Assembly: GCF_006345805.1 (NCBI RefSeq)
Contig: NC_043003.1
Location: forward strand, 46,934,001-46,998,000
Direction of reading: 5' to 3'
Length of the DNA stretch: 64,000 nt
DNA from: Octopus sinensis
Lineage: Eukaryota
Made by a program: the position numbers and the translations under genes. A model generated the notes under the pieces. It was not told the DNA's origin. It did no database searches and worked only from the letters and a program-made list of their open reading frames with translations. Below are positions 24,681 to 36,951 of this stretch, one piece after another. Numbering within the stretch: the stretch's first letter is position 1; each line of letters opens with the position of its first letter.

Positions 24681-25765
24681 CACAGAAGTGACAGAAGTAA
24701 ATAGACACCCCATAAAACTTTGTTTTATGCTTATTTTAATTTGAAATGGTTTATGTTTTTCATTAATTGACATTTTTATGTTCCAAATTCTATATGTGGC
24801 TGTTTACTCATGCCACGTACAAAAGAAGCCTTGAAATTGTCTGAATTTCAAAGAGGTCGTATTGTGGGTCTATCCGAAGGTAGTCTTAGCGTAGGACCGC
24901 AGAAAAACTTGGAATCCTGCTTTTTACAGTTAATAGAGTGATTGTGTGATTCACCATAAAGAAGACTTCACATCATCTCGCCCAGATCGACCAAGGCCCT
25001 CTGACACGACCCTTCACTCTATTAAGAGAAACGTGGAGGATAATCCTTATTGTAAGGCCTCTGACATAACAGAAAATTGATGTCAGTCCCAGAACAGCTG
25101 TCAGGTATCTTCATAAACTTGACTACTGTGGCAGAGCAAGAAAGAAGCCACTTCTTCCACCAACCAATATAATGGGGAGAAAAGAGGGCCCGTGAAATGG
25201 TGGAGAGGCCACTAGCATTTTGGGACATTGTCATATTCTCTGATAAGTCCAGATTTACAGTATTTTTAACTGTGGTCGAGTGTGGTTCTGGAGACTCTGT
25301 GATCAAGAATTTGACGTTAAAAGATTGCAGTTAACAAAGAAACACTGCAGCAATTCTGTGAATATCTGCGGAGCCATTTCGAGCAACGGTTGATCAGAAC
25401 TGGTGGAGTGTGGGGGAAACATAAACTCAGATAAATATGTGTCCATATTGCAGGAAGAGCTCCTTCCAATCTTCTCTAATGGTGAAGTGATTAAAGAAGA
25501 TTCTATTTATCTCGGCTAAAAAGATTCAAGATTGGTTGAAAGAGAATGACATTAAAAAGCTTCCATAGCCAAGCCAGTCACCAGATATGAATCCTATTGA
25601 ACACCTCTGGGGCATAATGAACAGGACACTTCGTAAAAGAACAAGAAAGCATCTTAAAAGCCAGATATTTTGAGATTGCTGCATGAAACTGGGCAAGAAA
25701 TTTCTCAAGAGAATATTCGTCATCTCATAAGCTCCTTGTGGAAAATGCAAAGGGCATATCTACTA
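24681..25765 (+). pseudogene. Decayed Tc1-type transposon
   Basis: ATG 24810 MPRTKEALKLSEFQRGRIVGL; WDIVIFSDKS; QSPDMNPIEHLW; ends AKG.ST; many frameshifts; TA|CACAGAAGTG terminus. Confidence 0.85.
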
Positions 25766-25793
25766 ATATATATATATATATATATCATATATA

Positions 25794-25859
25794 CACAGAA
25801 GTGACAGAAGTAAATAGACACCCCATAAAACATTGTTTTATGCTTATTTTAATTTGAAA
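25794..25859 (+). repeat. Direct repeat of the Tc1 5' terminus
   Basis: Nearly identical to 24681-24746 in the same orientation. Confidence 0.9.
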
Positions 25860-26140
25860 GAGTATATAATTGTAATTAACGGTCTTATGTGCCCAAGTCA
25901 TCTCGAGTTGACAATGACAGATGTGACATACTGTAACATCCAGGTGTGACAGCTAGCACTCTTATAGCAGAACAAGCCTTTAATGAAGTGCCTTGTTCAA
26001 GGACACAATACGCCAATAATTCAACATGATCGCGCCTTTACACACATAGAGACACACATGCACGCACACACGCACGCACGCACACACACACACAATGTAT
26101 ATATAATATATATATATATATATTATATATATATATATAT

Positions 26141-26204
<64 letters not shown>

Positions 26205-26209
<5 letters not shown>

Positions 26210-26350
26210 CCGTCGGTCACGAATGACAATGGTTGCACCTAAAAGATTCCACTCCAGGGTACAAGTCTTGGCGGAAAGTTGCCTCGTCGTCGAACGCACA
26301 ACCTAGAGTTGTTTTTATGAAAGACCAGCAGTCGCCCATGCGTACTAGCC
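26205..26350 (-). mobile_element. SINE-D tail fragment
   Basis: GAAAGACCAGCAGTCGCCCATGC is the reverse complement of the D tail. Confidence 0.7.
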
Positions 26351-27361
26351 TCTCTCTCTTCATATATGAATGACAGATTTGGTGTTTGGAGTTGATGGAA
26401 CGAAAGAACGCCGGAAAGTAACCTTCTTACGATCCATTGACCTCACAGAAAGCTTAATATGCATTTTCCCACAAGTCTAAAAAGAAATTTTTCACCCGGG
26501 ACTATTTCCGCAACGGAAGTTCTTCTCACGTCCGAATGCCCTTAAACGTGTTAAATATGAGTTAACACAAATATATTTAATTCTACACTGGTTCGTACGA
26601 ATTATATGAGTGCGTGTATGTGTGCGTGTGTGAATGTATTTACATATGTGTGTGTGTGTGTGTGTATAATAAACATAATTATTGAAATATGATAATTGGC
26701 TATAATAATAATCGAAATATAAAGTACATTTTATAAATTCCACGTTTGTACGCTATGTTATATAACACTCCAGTACAAACTATTTTCTGTTTTAGAAGTT
26801 TCTGTTTTTCTTGTTATTTTTAAACCGCCATCGCCTCTCTTCCTCCTTATTTCTCTCTGTCTCTCTCTATCTCTCTCTATTTCTCTGTTTCTCTTTTTCA
26901 CTCCCTCCCTCCCTCCTTCCCTCCTCGTGTCCTCGCTGCACTTTCGTCCGGGTAGTCACCATGAAAACTTTGGTTCTGTTTGTTCTATCTGACAAATCAA
27001 AAGATTCAAATAAGGTCCCACTCATCATAATGAAATTAGTTATAATAGGAGCACGCTGTCGAGCAAATTAACTTTGTGGAATTCTAGGTCAAACGCCGGA
27101 TGGGAGAGGGAGAAGGAGAGGGAGAGGAAGATGCAATTTGTAATTTCGGGAGCTGAGTCCATCCACTAAATGCCACCAGTACAATACGATCTTAATGTCT
27201 CTATTGTAACTATAAATAACCATGACTGATCTCTGCAGCAAACTGATACATGCAAACAAACATCTATACTATTATTATTATTATTATTATTAATTATACG
27301 ATCTGAGTTCAAATTCCTCCGAGTTCGACTTTGCCTCTCATCCTTTCTGTGTCGATAAAAT

Positions 27362-27423
<62 letters not shown>

Positions 27424-27870
27424 TTTCCTTTCATTATAACTTTATTTCAGTTACCGGCCATCCTCCGGAGGCCATGAGTAGCAAGGGCATTTATTCCATT
27501 TTAGATGGAGAGTGCTTTCCGTAGTATATGAATCGTACCCATCAATATTATCTTTTATCGTTCACAGAGACTGGAGTTACCAGGGAATTGCTTAATATAC
27601 TTCTCAGCCCCTTTCTTTATCATTCTCAACGCACCAATTACCACTGGTATTATCATAGTACTAATCTTCCACATTTTTGTGATTTCAATTTGCAGATCTT
27701 TATAGTGAGAAAGCTTTTCGTATTCCTCTGTAGAGACATTTTGATCTTGTGGGACAGACATATCTATTAACGGACAAGTTCCTCTACTGTAGTTCTTGAT
27801 CACAACGTCTGGTCGATTGGAGTCAATTTTTCTGTCTGTTTGTGTTGGGAAGTTCCAAAGGATGGTGACG
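27424..27870 (-). pseudogene. R4/Dong-like LINE 3' fragment (RLE domain) ending at (TAG)n
   Basis: VTILWNFPTQTDRKIDSNRPDVVIKN...LIDMSVPQD...EKLSHYKDLQIEITKMW; PD-(D/E)xK motif. Confidence 0.88.
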
Positions 27871-28151
27871 CCCTGAATAAGGGTTGTTTAAGGATGTTGA
27901 ACGAAACACCCATGCTTCCAGATGTGAATTATTCAAACCCCAAGGAACCCATCTCAACGTATGGCTATGATGCTCCCCCACTACTTCTACTCGTGATCAG
28001 AGATGCATATATCATCAGCCACAAGGGACATGCTCAACTGGTTAAGGTCAAACAACTGACAAGCAAATCTGTGGTATTGAGCAGAATATTTGCTGTAGCC
28101 CATCTTTTATACCAAGACAAAACAATGTACATGATAACACTTCCAATCAGT
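27871..28151 (-). mobile_element. Element E segment fused directly to the Dong fragment
   Basis: CCCTGAATAAGGGTTG...GATGCTCCCCCACTAC matches 5085-5200. Confidence 0.75.
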
Positions 28152-28959
28152 ATTATTATTATCATTATTATCATCATCATCATCATTATTTTTATTTCCA
28201 TTTCACTTCTCGAAGCTCTCGATTTTTACTTGTTTCTGTTAAATCTGTAAGAGTGCTCAGCAACATTGTTGCCAAAGGTCTCATAAGATCTCTTTCCGCG
28301 ATTCTTAACACCCAAGTACCAATCTCAAAATCCTCCAAGACCCCAATAGGGCAGGTTATTTTTTTTTAGCATTTTCTACCCTCATATCAATTTCAGACCT
28401 TGTGCCTATAGTAGAAAGTCCTATAGACTTAACTTTAAACATAGGATCAAATATGTAATTTGTACCTATTTGTATTGACAGAATGAACTGTTGACTCAGA
28501 AATCAAATATTTTTTTTGTTAGTAAATGGGTATTCGGCAGCCAATACGGTAGCATTCTTTTCGATCCAGTCGTGATTATTTGTATACGTGTGAATGTGTG
28601 ACTATAACACAATCCAGTACATATGAGCAGAACTCTTGTATGGACCGTAGTTTAGCTTTATACAGATCAAAAACTAATCAGGTTTGAAGTATATCTTTAA
28701 ATGAAATCTATTGCTTTTGATGTTGTTTTGACGATGTTAAGATACCGTGAAAGATCATAAATAATTGTAAGAGCTAACTTTTGTAGTGACTTTGAGTTTT
28801 AACTGTGGTAATTTTTTACATGACATAAGATGACGAAGTTCGCTACTGTTTCTGTTATGTATAATTAATTATTATGCATTTGCAATGAAGTATATGACTT
28901 TATTGTATGTGCATCCCGGTTATAGAACAGGTTTGTCGCGTTCCTGCGTGTTGCAAGAA

Positions 28960-29320
28960 GCAACTAAGAGAATTAGCGGCAAGAAAAGTATCCAGACGGC
29001 CGTAAAATGATACCCCAGGAAAACCGTGTGATCCATACAGGTATGGAAAAGGCCGACGTAAAACGTTGTTGTTAGAGAGTGATGAAGAGGAGGAGGAGGA
29101 GGAGGAGGAAGTCGGTGACAATTAAGACGCTGATGATGATGCTGACAAGACAACGACGACGATGATGACGAAGGCAACGGCAATGGTGATGAAGATGATG
29201 ATGACGACGACGATGAAGATGATTGTGACGACGAAAGTGGCGACCATAATGACGAGGAGGAGGCGGAGGATGGTGTTTATGCTGCTGCTGCTGCTATTGC
29301 TGCTACTGCTGCTGCTGGTA
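28960..29320 (+). repeat. Old RTE-tailed repeat followed by compound GAG/GAT/GAC/GCT microsatellite
   Basis: Weak match to the reverse complement of 45650-45770; trinucleotide runs directly visible. Confidence 0.5.
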
Positions 29321-29926
29321 TTAATATCAAAATAAAAAGCAAATAATCAACATCCAAATAGTGCACGCTAATAACAAACTAAAATTACGATCTTAAACAG
29401 CAAAAGAAATTCAACTCCAGTGATACTGATAACATCCTTCACAGAGAGACAACTTAGCTCACATTCCTGAGCAAGGAAGGCCACCCGACTAATTGAAACG
29501 AGGTGTGCTGGCTGGCTTGCAGTTCTCATGTTACCTCCATTTAGACATTCCCGACTCATCCGTCCTCTCTCTACCACTCCCTTATTGTATTACATTGCCA
29601 GGTTCTGTACTAACCGCTCTTTACTACGACCAAACCTTTTTTTGTTTTTTTAACTCCAGGATACCCGCCAATGATCAGAGCTCGAACAAGTATGCTGGCG
29701 TACAATTTCCTTGTCGGATGGCATGTCTAGAGAACACGATGGAGGTTGTTTATGTGAAGGATATTGTCATTATTGTCAGATTTGAACAGCTTACAGGGAG
29801 CGGGGCGCAAGGCTGAGTGGTTAAGAAGCTAGCTTTGCAACCATATTACTTCGGGTTCAAACCCGGACAGATCAATGCCTTGAGACTGAATTTGGCTAAT
29901 GGAATCTATGTGAAAGCTCGTCGTGA

Positions 29927-29990
<64 letters not shown>

Positions 29991-29995
<5 letters not shown>

Positions 29996-30105
29996 AAGGA
30001 GCTTCTACAGGACTAGAACTGTTTCATTCAAAAGAAATCATCAGGAGCTTCCTGATGATTTCTTTTGAATGAAACAGTTCTAGTCCTGTAGAAGCTCCTT
30101 CTATA
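29991..30105. repeat. Perfect palindrome: 56-bp arms, 3-nt spacer
   Basis: 29991-30046 is the exact reverse complement of 30050-30105. Confidence 0.97.
30043..30099 (+). ncRNA. Type-I hammerhead ribozyme
   Basis: Stem I AGGAGCTTC/GAAGCTCCT (9 bp), core CTGATGA, stem II TTC/GAA with U.U at its base, GAAA, stem III ACAG/CTGT, triplet GUA (cleavage predicted after 30090). Confidence 0.75.
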
Positions 30106-30184
30106 AAATAAATTAATTTACTCTGCTATGTATTGAGTACCTTATTTACTGTGGTTAACCCCGACTCAACCCGGGACCTACATA

Positions 30185-30215
<31 letters not shown>

Positions 30216-30241
30216 AGATATAGATATAGATATATAGATAT

Positions 30242-30800
30242 ATAAATCGAGATGGCGACTGCACTCCAGAAATAAGACAGCGGATAGTACTAGGCAGAGA
30301 GGCAATGGTCAGCATGAGCAGGGTCTGGAAGAGTAGAGACATCAGACTCGCTACCAAATACAGATTGGTGAATGCAATCGTCTTCCCTATAGCAACATAT
30401 GGATGCGAGACCTGGACACTAAAGAAAGCTGACCAGAAGAGAATTAATGCATTCGAGCTTTGGTGTTGGAGAAGACTTTTGCGGATTCCATGGACAGCGA
30501 GGCTCACCAATGGAGAAGTTCTTAAGCAGATATGGCCGAAAATGTCGCTAGAAGCTAGGAACACCAAGCATAGATTGGCATATTTTGGTCATATTATGCG
30601 GAGAAAATCCCTGGAGAAGGACATCATGCTCGGAATGGTCAGTGGCAAGAGAGGAAGAGGCCGACCAAGAACCCGCTGGCTTGACACTATCAAGAGGGAT
30701 ACCGGAATGGACATAGCCAATCTGGAAGAAGCGGCCCAGGATAGAACTGACTGGAGGACACTGATCCAATGAGTGACCGAGAGTCGACTTCGACTGAGCG
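30242..30800 (+). mobile_element. RTE-clade (BovB-like) LINE 3' fragment, open frame
   Basis: INRDGDCTPEIRQRI...ATYGCETWTLKKADQKRINAFELWCWRRLLRIPWTAR...GKRGRGRPRTRWLD; 3' end GAGTCGACTTCGACTGAGCG; embedded in (TA)n. Confidence 0.93.
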
Positions 30801-30829
30801 GATATATATACATATATATATTATATATA

Positions 30830-30893
<64 letters not shown>

Positions 30894-31096
30894 TAGGTTT
30901 GGAGATGTACAGGTATTTTATATTAGAAGAATATATATATATATGTGTGTGGTGTGTGTGTGTGTGTGTGTGTGGTGTGTGTGTGTGGTGTGTATTTATA
31001 TCCCGCCAGCTGATTATAGGTGCAGCACTGCACCCTGAGCATATATATTGCTAGCAGAGGAGCGAACCCCTATCATCCTCCAGCAGACGACGGGAA

Positions 31097-31143
31097 CGCG
31101 AGACCGATTTGGTTTCGAGCTACTTTGCTCATCCTCAGTCGCG
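31097..31143 (-). ncRNA. Type-I hammerhead ribozyme
   Basis: CGCGA CTGAGGA T GAGC-AAAGTA-GCTC GAAA CC-AAATC-GG TC TCGCG: all three stems pair, GUC triplet. Confidence 0.85.
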
Positions 31144-31731
31144 AACACCTGGTCGCCAGAGAGATGGCCAGTGTCCGCTCCAGCAAGCAACGTATAGTTA
31201 AACAAAGCGATCATGAGCTACCGATTTGCAACAGGCAAAGTAGCTGGTTGCAAAATCTCAATAAGAGATGAGAGTAGTAATTATATATATATATATATAT
31301 ACATTTATTAATCGAAGTGTACGATATTATATATCCGATCGGTTTCGCTTCTTCTTCTTAAAATTGCTGGCCTTGTGCCAAAATCAAAAGGAATTATTGA
31401 CATAGCTTCCATGATTACTAATCTTCTAAGATAAGTGAGGTGCGCTAAAACACTTTACTAGGTAGTCGTATTATCAACTAATTTTTGTGTTTTCTTGTTT
31501 TCATTGAAACTATAAAGACTGGAATACAGAGACAATTTTAGATTTTATTATGAGATTATGCATGTACACACACACACCACAATTGATATGTGTATATGTG
31601 GGTGTATATATACATATATATTTATATATATTATCAGCATTAAACCCCATTTGTAGTGTCCATATTATGTAATTCTAATCATTGCTTTCTCTTTGTTCTC
31701 TCTCTCCCTCACACTCTTATTCTCTCTCCCC

Positions 31732-31762
<31 letters not shown>

Positions 31763-31921
31763 CTTTCTCTTTCTCTTTCTGTGTGCAAGCCTAAAGTGAA
31801 ACAGATGGCGAGTTGATACATTCTGGTTTTTTTTTGGAGTCCACACTGTCAAGCTTATACTTGTTTGATGCAACAAAAAACTTCCCAAACGACCAAGGTA
31901 TGCGATATGATATCACTATTA

Positions 31922-32008
31922 ACGTGTGTGTGCTTGGGGTGGGTGTGTGGTCTGTGTGTGTGGTTGTGTTGTGTGGGTGTGTATGTGTGTGTGTGTGTGT
32001 GGTGTGTA

Positions 32009-32039
<31 letters not shown>

Positions 32040-32127
32040 GTGTATGTGTGTGTGTGTGTATGTGTATGTGTGTGTGTGTGTGTGTGGTGTGTGTGGTGTA
32101 TGTGTGTGTGTGGTGTATGTGTGTGTG

Positions 32128-32173
<46 letters not shown>

Positions 32174-32177
32174 TGTA

Positions 32178-32210
<33 letters not shown>

Positions 32211-32259
32211 GTGTGTGTGTGTGGTGTATGTGTGTGTGTGGTGTGTGTGTGTGTGTGTG
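31922..32259. repeat. Degenerate (GT)n microsatellite
   Basis: Directly visible. Confidence 0.95.
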
Positions 32260-32571
32260 CTTTACCAATCGATATGAATCCACCAATGAGGATCTGAACA
32301 GTTCAATCACATCCAAAAAATCCTTTCACTACACTTACCATGTGTCGAGTTCTCGTCATCTTACAGGCAGTAATACCGAGTGTAAGTCGCCCACTTTATA
32401 TATGTGTATAAGTGTAGATACAATCTGTCTAATGTTATTTTTAAATATTTCGGTAACCACAAGAAAGAAATCCAGACATTTTTGGTTTTATTATAACCTC
32501 ACCACAATTTGAACTGTTGTTTCTCATGGACTGTGGCCATGATGGGACACCACCTTGAAGGGTGTTTGTTG

Positions 32572-32631
<60 letters not shown>

Positions 32632-32723
32632 TATATATATATTATATGTGTGTGTATGTTTGTGTCTGTATGTATATATATATATTATAAAATTTCAGGG
32701 AGAGAGAATTATATTAAAATTTC

Positions 32724-32760
<37 letters not shown>

Positions 32761-32769
32761 TAAACAGTA

Positions 32770-33150
32770 AAAATATTACACACATGGACAAGAACATGAA
32801 ACACCACAGAGACGACACAAGAACCACAGGACGGGACATTCGAAGCCCTCAGTCATCAGTCAAGAACCAGATCATCTTAGCAATTTCGGCTGATTAATCT
32901 TGAGATTGCTCCGATATGGCCAGCCAGCCAAGGGAAATCTAAGCCAAGCGCATTAGATCCCCTGGAAGAAAGCTTCGAATGTATACAACGCGAGGACGGA
33001 AAACGAACGAAGTACATAAACAAAATACAGAATACGTGACACCAATAAGAATACAAAAACGTAAAAACAATAACGGTAAAAATAAAAATAAAAAAATAAA
33101 CAACAAAACAAAACCAGGACGTGGACAAGGGTCTTTCGACAGGACGAGTT
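32770..33150. mobile_element. Non-coding repeat between (TA)n tracts, possibly pLTR-type
   Basis: Strand-biased A-rich/T-rich architecture like 12472-13075; class is inference only. Confidence 0.3.
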
Positions 33151-33256
33151 AAGTATGGGGCTGGCTTGTGAAGTGTGGCCTAATGGCCACGGGGAGACGA
33201 ACAAATACGTGTTGCTTCTGCGGCTGCTGAAAACGAAAAGAGCATATATATATATA

Positions 33257-33655
33257 CGACGAGATTCTATATAGTTTCCGTCAATCAAATTACCTCACAT
33301 TGCAATGTTTGGCCCGGTGCTATAGAAGAATATATTTCTCCGAGGTGCTGCGCACTAGGACTGAACCCAAAGGCACGTGGTTGCAAAGCAAGCTTCTTGA
33401 CCACACAACCACATTTGCAAGGAATTATAACATAAGGCGAGACAAGCAACGCAATAAAAGTAATTCGAAAGTATCTTTTATACTTCACTTCTTTCAGTCT
33501 TTGGACTGCGACCATGCTGGGACAACGTTTTGAAGGGTTTTGTCGGAGAAATCGCCCAAGTACTTTTTCTCTAAGCCTGGTTGTTATTCTACCAGGCATT
33601 TTTGCCCCACAGCTAAGTTATGGAGGTGTAAATAAACCAGCACCGGTTGTCAACC
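33257..33655 (-). mobile_element. Old SINE-B head (33257-33415) and separate 3' module (33477-33655)
   Basis: Diverged reverse-complement matches. Confidence 0.7.
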
Positions 33656-33722
33656 TGTAGTGACCCTTCTATCGGCATCTTCCTTCCGCTCATTTCAACA
33701 TGTGGAACTATTAATCCCGATA

Positions 33723-33781
<59 letters not shown>

Positions 33782-34044
33782 GTTTTTTCTTATCCTTTTC
33801 TGTCGAAGAGCGTGGATTCGAAACGTTGAAGACTGCCCCATTTTTCCCGAGCGTCGAACTAACGCACGTGCTTGTTGTTCCCTTGCCCGTCTCTGTCTTT
33901 TGTTTCCTATACATTTGAACCATATTTATATATTGATATGTACAGTTATTTATATGTGTGTGACGGATGATGCGAAACAGCTGTCAACATATGGAATAAA
34001 CATTTTTTCTCTCACTTCACCTCTCGTCTGATCAATTTGTGCTT

Positions 34045-34195
34045 CTGTTTTCAGCTTCCGTCTACCAAATCCACTTACAATATTTTGGCTGGTACAGGGC
34101 AACAGTAAAAGATACTTGCCCATGAGTCATGCATTGTACTGAACCTGGAACCACATGAATGGGAAACAAACTTCTTACCACACATCCACGCCCGC
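34045..34195 (-). mobile_element. Old SINE-B head
   Basis: TTCCGTCTACCAAATCCACT...CTTACCACAC. Confidence 0.75.
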
Positions 34196-34889
34196 AAGCA
34201 GTTTTTTTCTATACAGTTTAGGGAGCGAATAATGGTTGTACACAAAGCTACATTAACGAGATATCCATGCAGTCAATGAACTGGTCAGACATAACAACCC
34301 TTAAACAAGCTTTAAAAAAAAAGGACACTTTCGAATATGGCGCCCGAGATGCAATATTTCTGAAGAAAAAATATTGTGGGGTTGGACAAGGCTGGAACGG
34401 CTTTGCTCATGGATCTAACTACTCGATCAAGAATGACTTGGAACACCTACTACTGTTGCAACAACAACTACTACAACTACTATTACTACCACTACTACTG
34501 TTGCTGCCACAAACTTATCGTTAACCCATCTCCACTATATCATCAGCACTACCCTTCGAATATTTCTCTTTATCCGTCCATCTCACGCAGCAAAGACAAC
34601 TGGTATGGATTACACAGCTCGTCAGTCATGAGATGCTAGTTTAAACACGCAGGCATGATATAGCGTAATCCCTACTTCATTCAACCACCCCCTAAGCTAC
34701 AAACTAGTTGGACAACCGGGCGGTTACTTTCCTTAGTTAATCATCTCCGACTGACTGCTCTCTTGTCTTCCCGCCTTATCAAACCCAATTGTGATCCGCA
34801 TTATTTGCATAATACTTGGACACCTGCTCGGAGACGCGCACAATGAAGTATATTTATATGCGATAAACATATACACACGTACAAATATT

Positions 34890-35108
34890 TATATATTGGC
34901 TTCAAATTTTTGCACAAGGGCAGTAATTTCGGGAGAGAGTAAGTCGATTGCATCGACCCAAGTGCTCAACTGGTATTTATTTTATCGATCACGAAAGGAT
35001 GAAAGTGAAATCGATCTCGGCGGAATTTGAACACAGAACTTGAAGACAGACGAAATGCTGCTAAACATTTTCCTCGGCCTGCTAACGAATCTGCCAACTC
35101 GCCGCTTT
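34890..35108 (-). mobile_element. SINE-A, tail-1
   Basis: Reverse-complement match to family A. Confidence 0.82.
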
Positions 35109-35212
35109 TACAATTATTCATATATATATTATAAATTGATAGTGATCTCGAAGTCTGGCAGAGTTTTTGACTTATTAACTATCTTTAATATATACGACTA
35201 TCTTTAATATAT

Positions 35213-35360
35213 ACCACGGGCTTCTTTTAGTTTCCGTCTACCATATCCACTCACAAGGCTTTGGTCGGCCTGAGGCTACAGTAGAAGACACATGCCCAAG
35301 GTACCACGCAGTAAGACTGAACCCCAAACCATGTGGTTGGGAAGCAAGCTTCTTAACACA
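35213..35360 (-). mobile_element. SINE-B head
   Basis: Reverse-complement match. Confidence 0.82.
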
Positions 35361-36297
35361 ATATAGTTATTTCTCTTAGCTCACTTTTGCTTGCAAATTA
35401 CTTCAGCCATAAATGTGTTCTCCATTTTGTATAAGCCTAAGTTCCTTCGCAACTGGAGATAAATTCGGACAATTGTCGCACTGATGACAGTTACTGAACC
35501 TGAAACGCGTGCCCACAGCTGTCCTCTCATCTCCAGACAACAAACCTGTCCTTTTGGTATGCCAACTTTGGAGAATAGTTTATTTCTCAGATTATCTCCT
35601 CTTTTTCACGTATGGTAGGTCTTAATAAGCTATTTGGTAATTATATTCACTAGAGACACTCTCTAGGGACACTCTCTAGAGACGGTGATGGTTTTAATAA
35701 ATCAGGATATTATATCATATGGTATTTAATATACCTGTACTTGTCATGCCACTGACCGCTCTGGGTTAGTTTCCTCGGCTCATTTAAACGCCATTTGTGT
35801 TTACTTTTTTATACCTACGTAACACCCAGGACCTACCTGGATTTGGTACGTGAATATTGAAGGTACCTTACCAACAGCAGATATATTCTATGTTGTTTAT
35901 GTCACTGTGAGCTCTATCATACCTGTCATACCTTTCGTTCCGCACAGTGTCTGACCGCCAAATTTGTCCACAAGGTATTGATCTGCCCGGAGCTATAGTA
36001 AAAAGAAAAATACTTGTTAAAGAGGCCGCGTGGTGAGACTGAGCTCCAAACTACGTGTTTGGGAAAAGAAACCCTTAGCTACACAGCCGCCTCCAAACTA
36101 TTCTGCCTATTTCAACTAATATATATTAGATGAGATAGGTGCAGGTGTGGCCTGCTTCTTACCGTCCTCGAACCGTCCTCGTCAGGGGGTTGGGAGCTTG
36201 CTCAAGGAGGGTTTACTGAGGACAAGACTGCTAACACATGCAATTAATACTTAAGCACACCACTGTACCCGGAGTGTACAGGTTAGGGGCACATACT

Positions 36298-36510
36298 AAA
36301 GGCGGCGAGCTGGCAGAATCGTTAGCCCACAGGGCAAAATGCTTAGCAGTATTTCGTCTGCCGCTACGTTCTGAGTTCAAATTTCGCCGAGGTCGACTTA
36401 GCCTTTCATCTTTTCGGGGTCGAATAAATAAGTACCAGTTACGCACTGGAGTCGATATAATCGACTTAATTCATTTGTCCGTTTTTGTTTGTCCCCTCTG
36501 TGGACAATAA
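36298..36510 (+). mobile_element. SINE-A, tail-2
   Basis: AAGGCGGCGAGCTGGCAGAATCG...TTTGTCCCCTCTGTG. Confidence 0.88.
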
Positions 36511-36532
36511 AAAAATAAGAAGATTGCTTCCC

Positions 36533-36912
36533 AACTACATGGGCAAGTGTTTTCTACTATAAGCTCGGACTCTTTTGAGTGGATATGGTAAGCGGAAGCT
36601 GAAAAAAACCCGTCGTGTGTGTTTATATATATACACACACATATGTATGTATGGGGGGATATGTCCCCGAAACATAGCGGTTCAGCATAAGACACCGATA
36701 GAATAGGTACTAGACTTACAAAAAATAAGTCCTGAGGTCGATTTGCTCGCCTAAATGCGGCGCTCCAAATGCGGTGCTCGCCTAAATGCGTGGCTGTGTG
36801 GAGAGAAGCTTGCCATCTGCTATAGTCTCGGGCCGACCAAAGCCTTGTGAATGGATTTGGTTGACGGAAACTGAAAGAAGCCCGTCGTACATATATGTGT
36901 GTGTGTGTGTGT

Positions 36913-36951
<39 letters not shown>

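Noticed and set aside
26961-27071. Kozak-like CACCATG with MKTLVLFVLS signal-like start
   Set aside because: Only ~36 codons, hydrophobic stretch too short, no convincing donor; may be regulatory sequence, but unsupported.
29080-29320. Acidic D/E-rich and poly-Ala coding-like stretch
   Set aside because: Compound trinucleotide microsatellite with an in-frame stop and no splice signals.
30043-31143. Convergent hammerheads flanking the RTE fragment as one composite element
   Set aside because: The three pieces are unrelated in sequence and separated by (TA)n tracts; independent insertion into TA repeats is simpler.
32845-32870. CTGATGA...CGAATGTC on the minus strand as a hammerhead
   Set aside because: GAAA not intact, and stems I and III do not pair.
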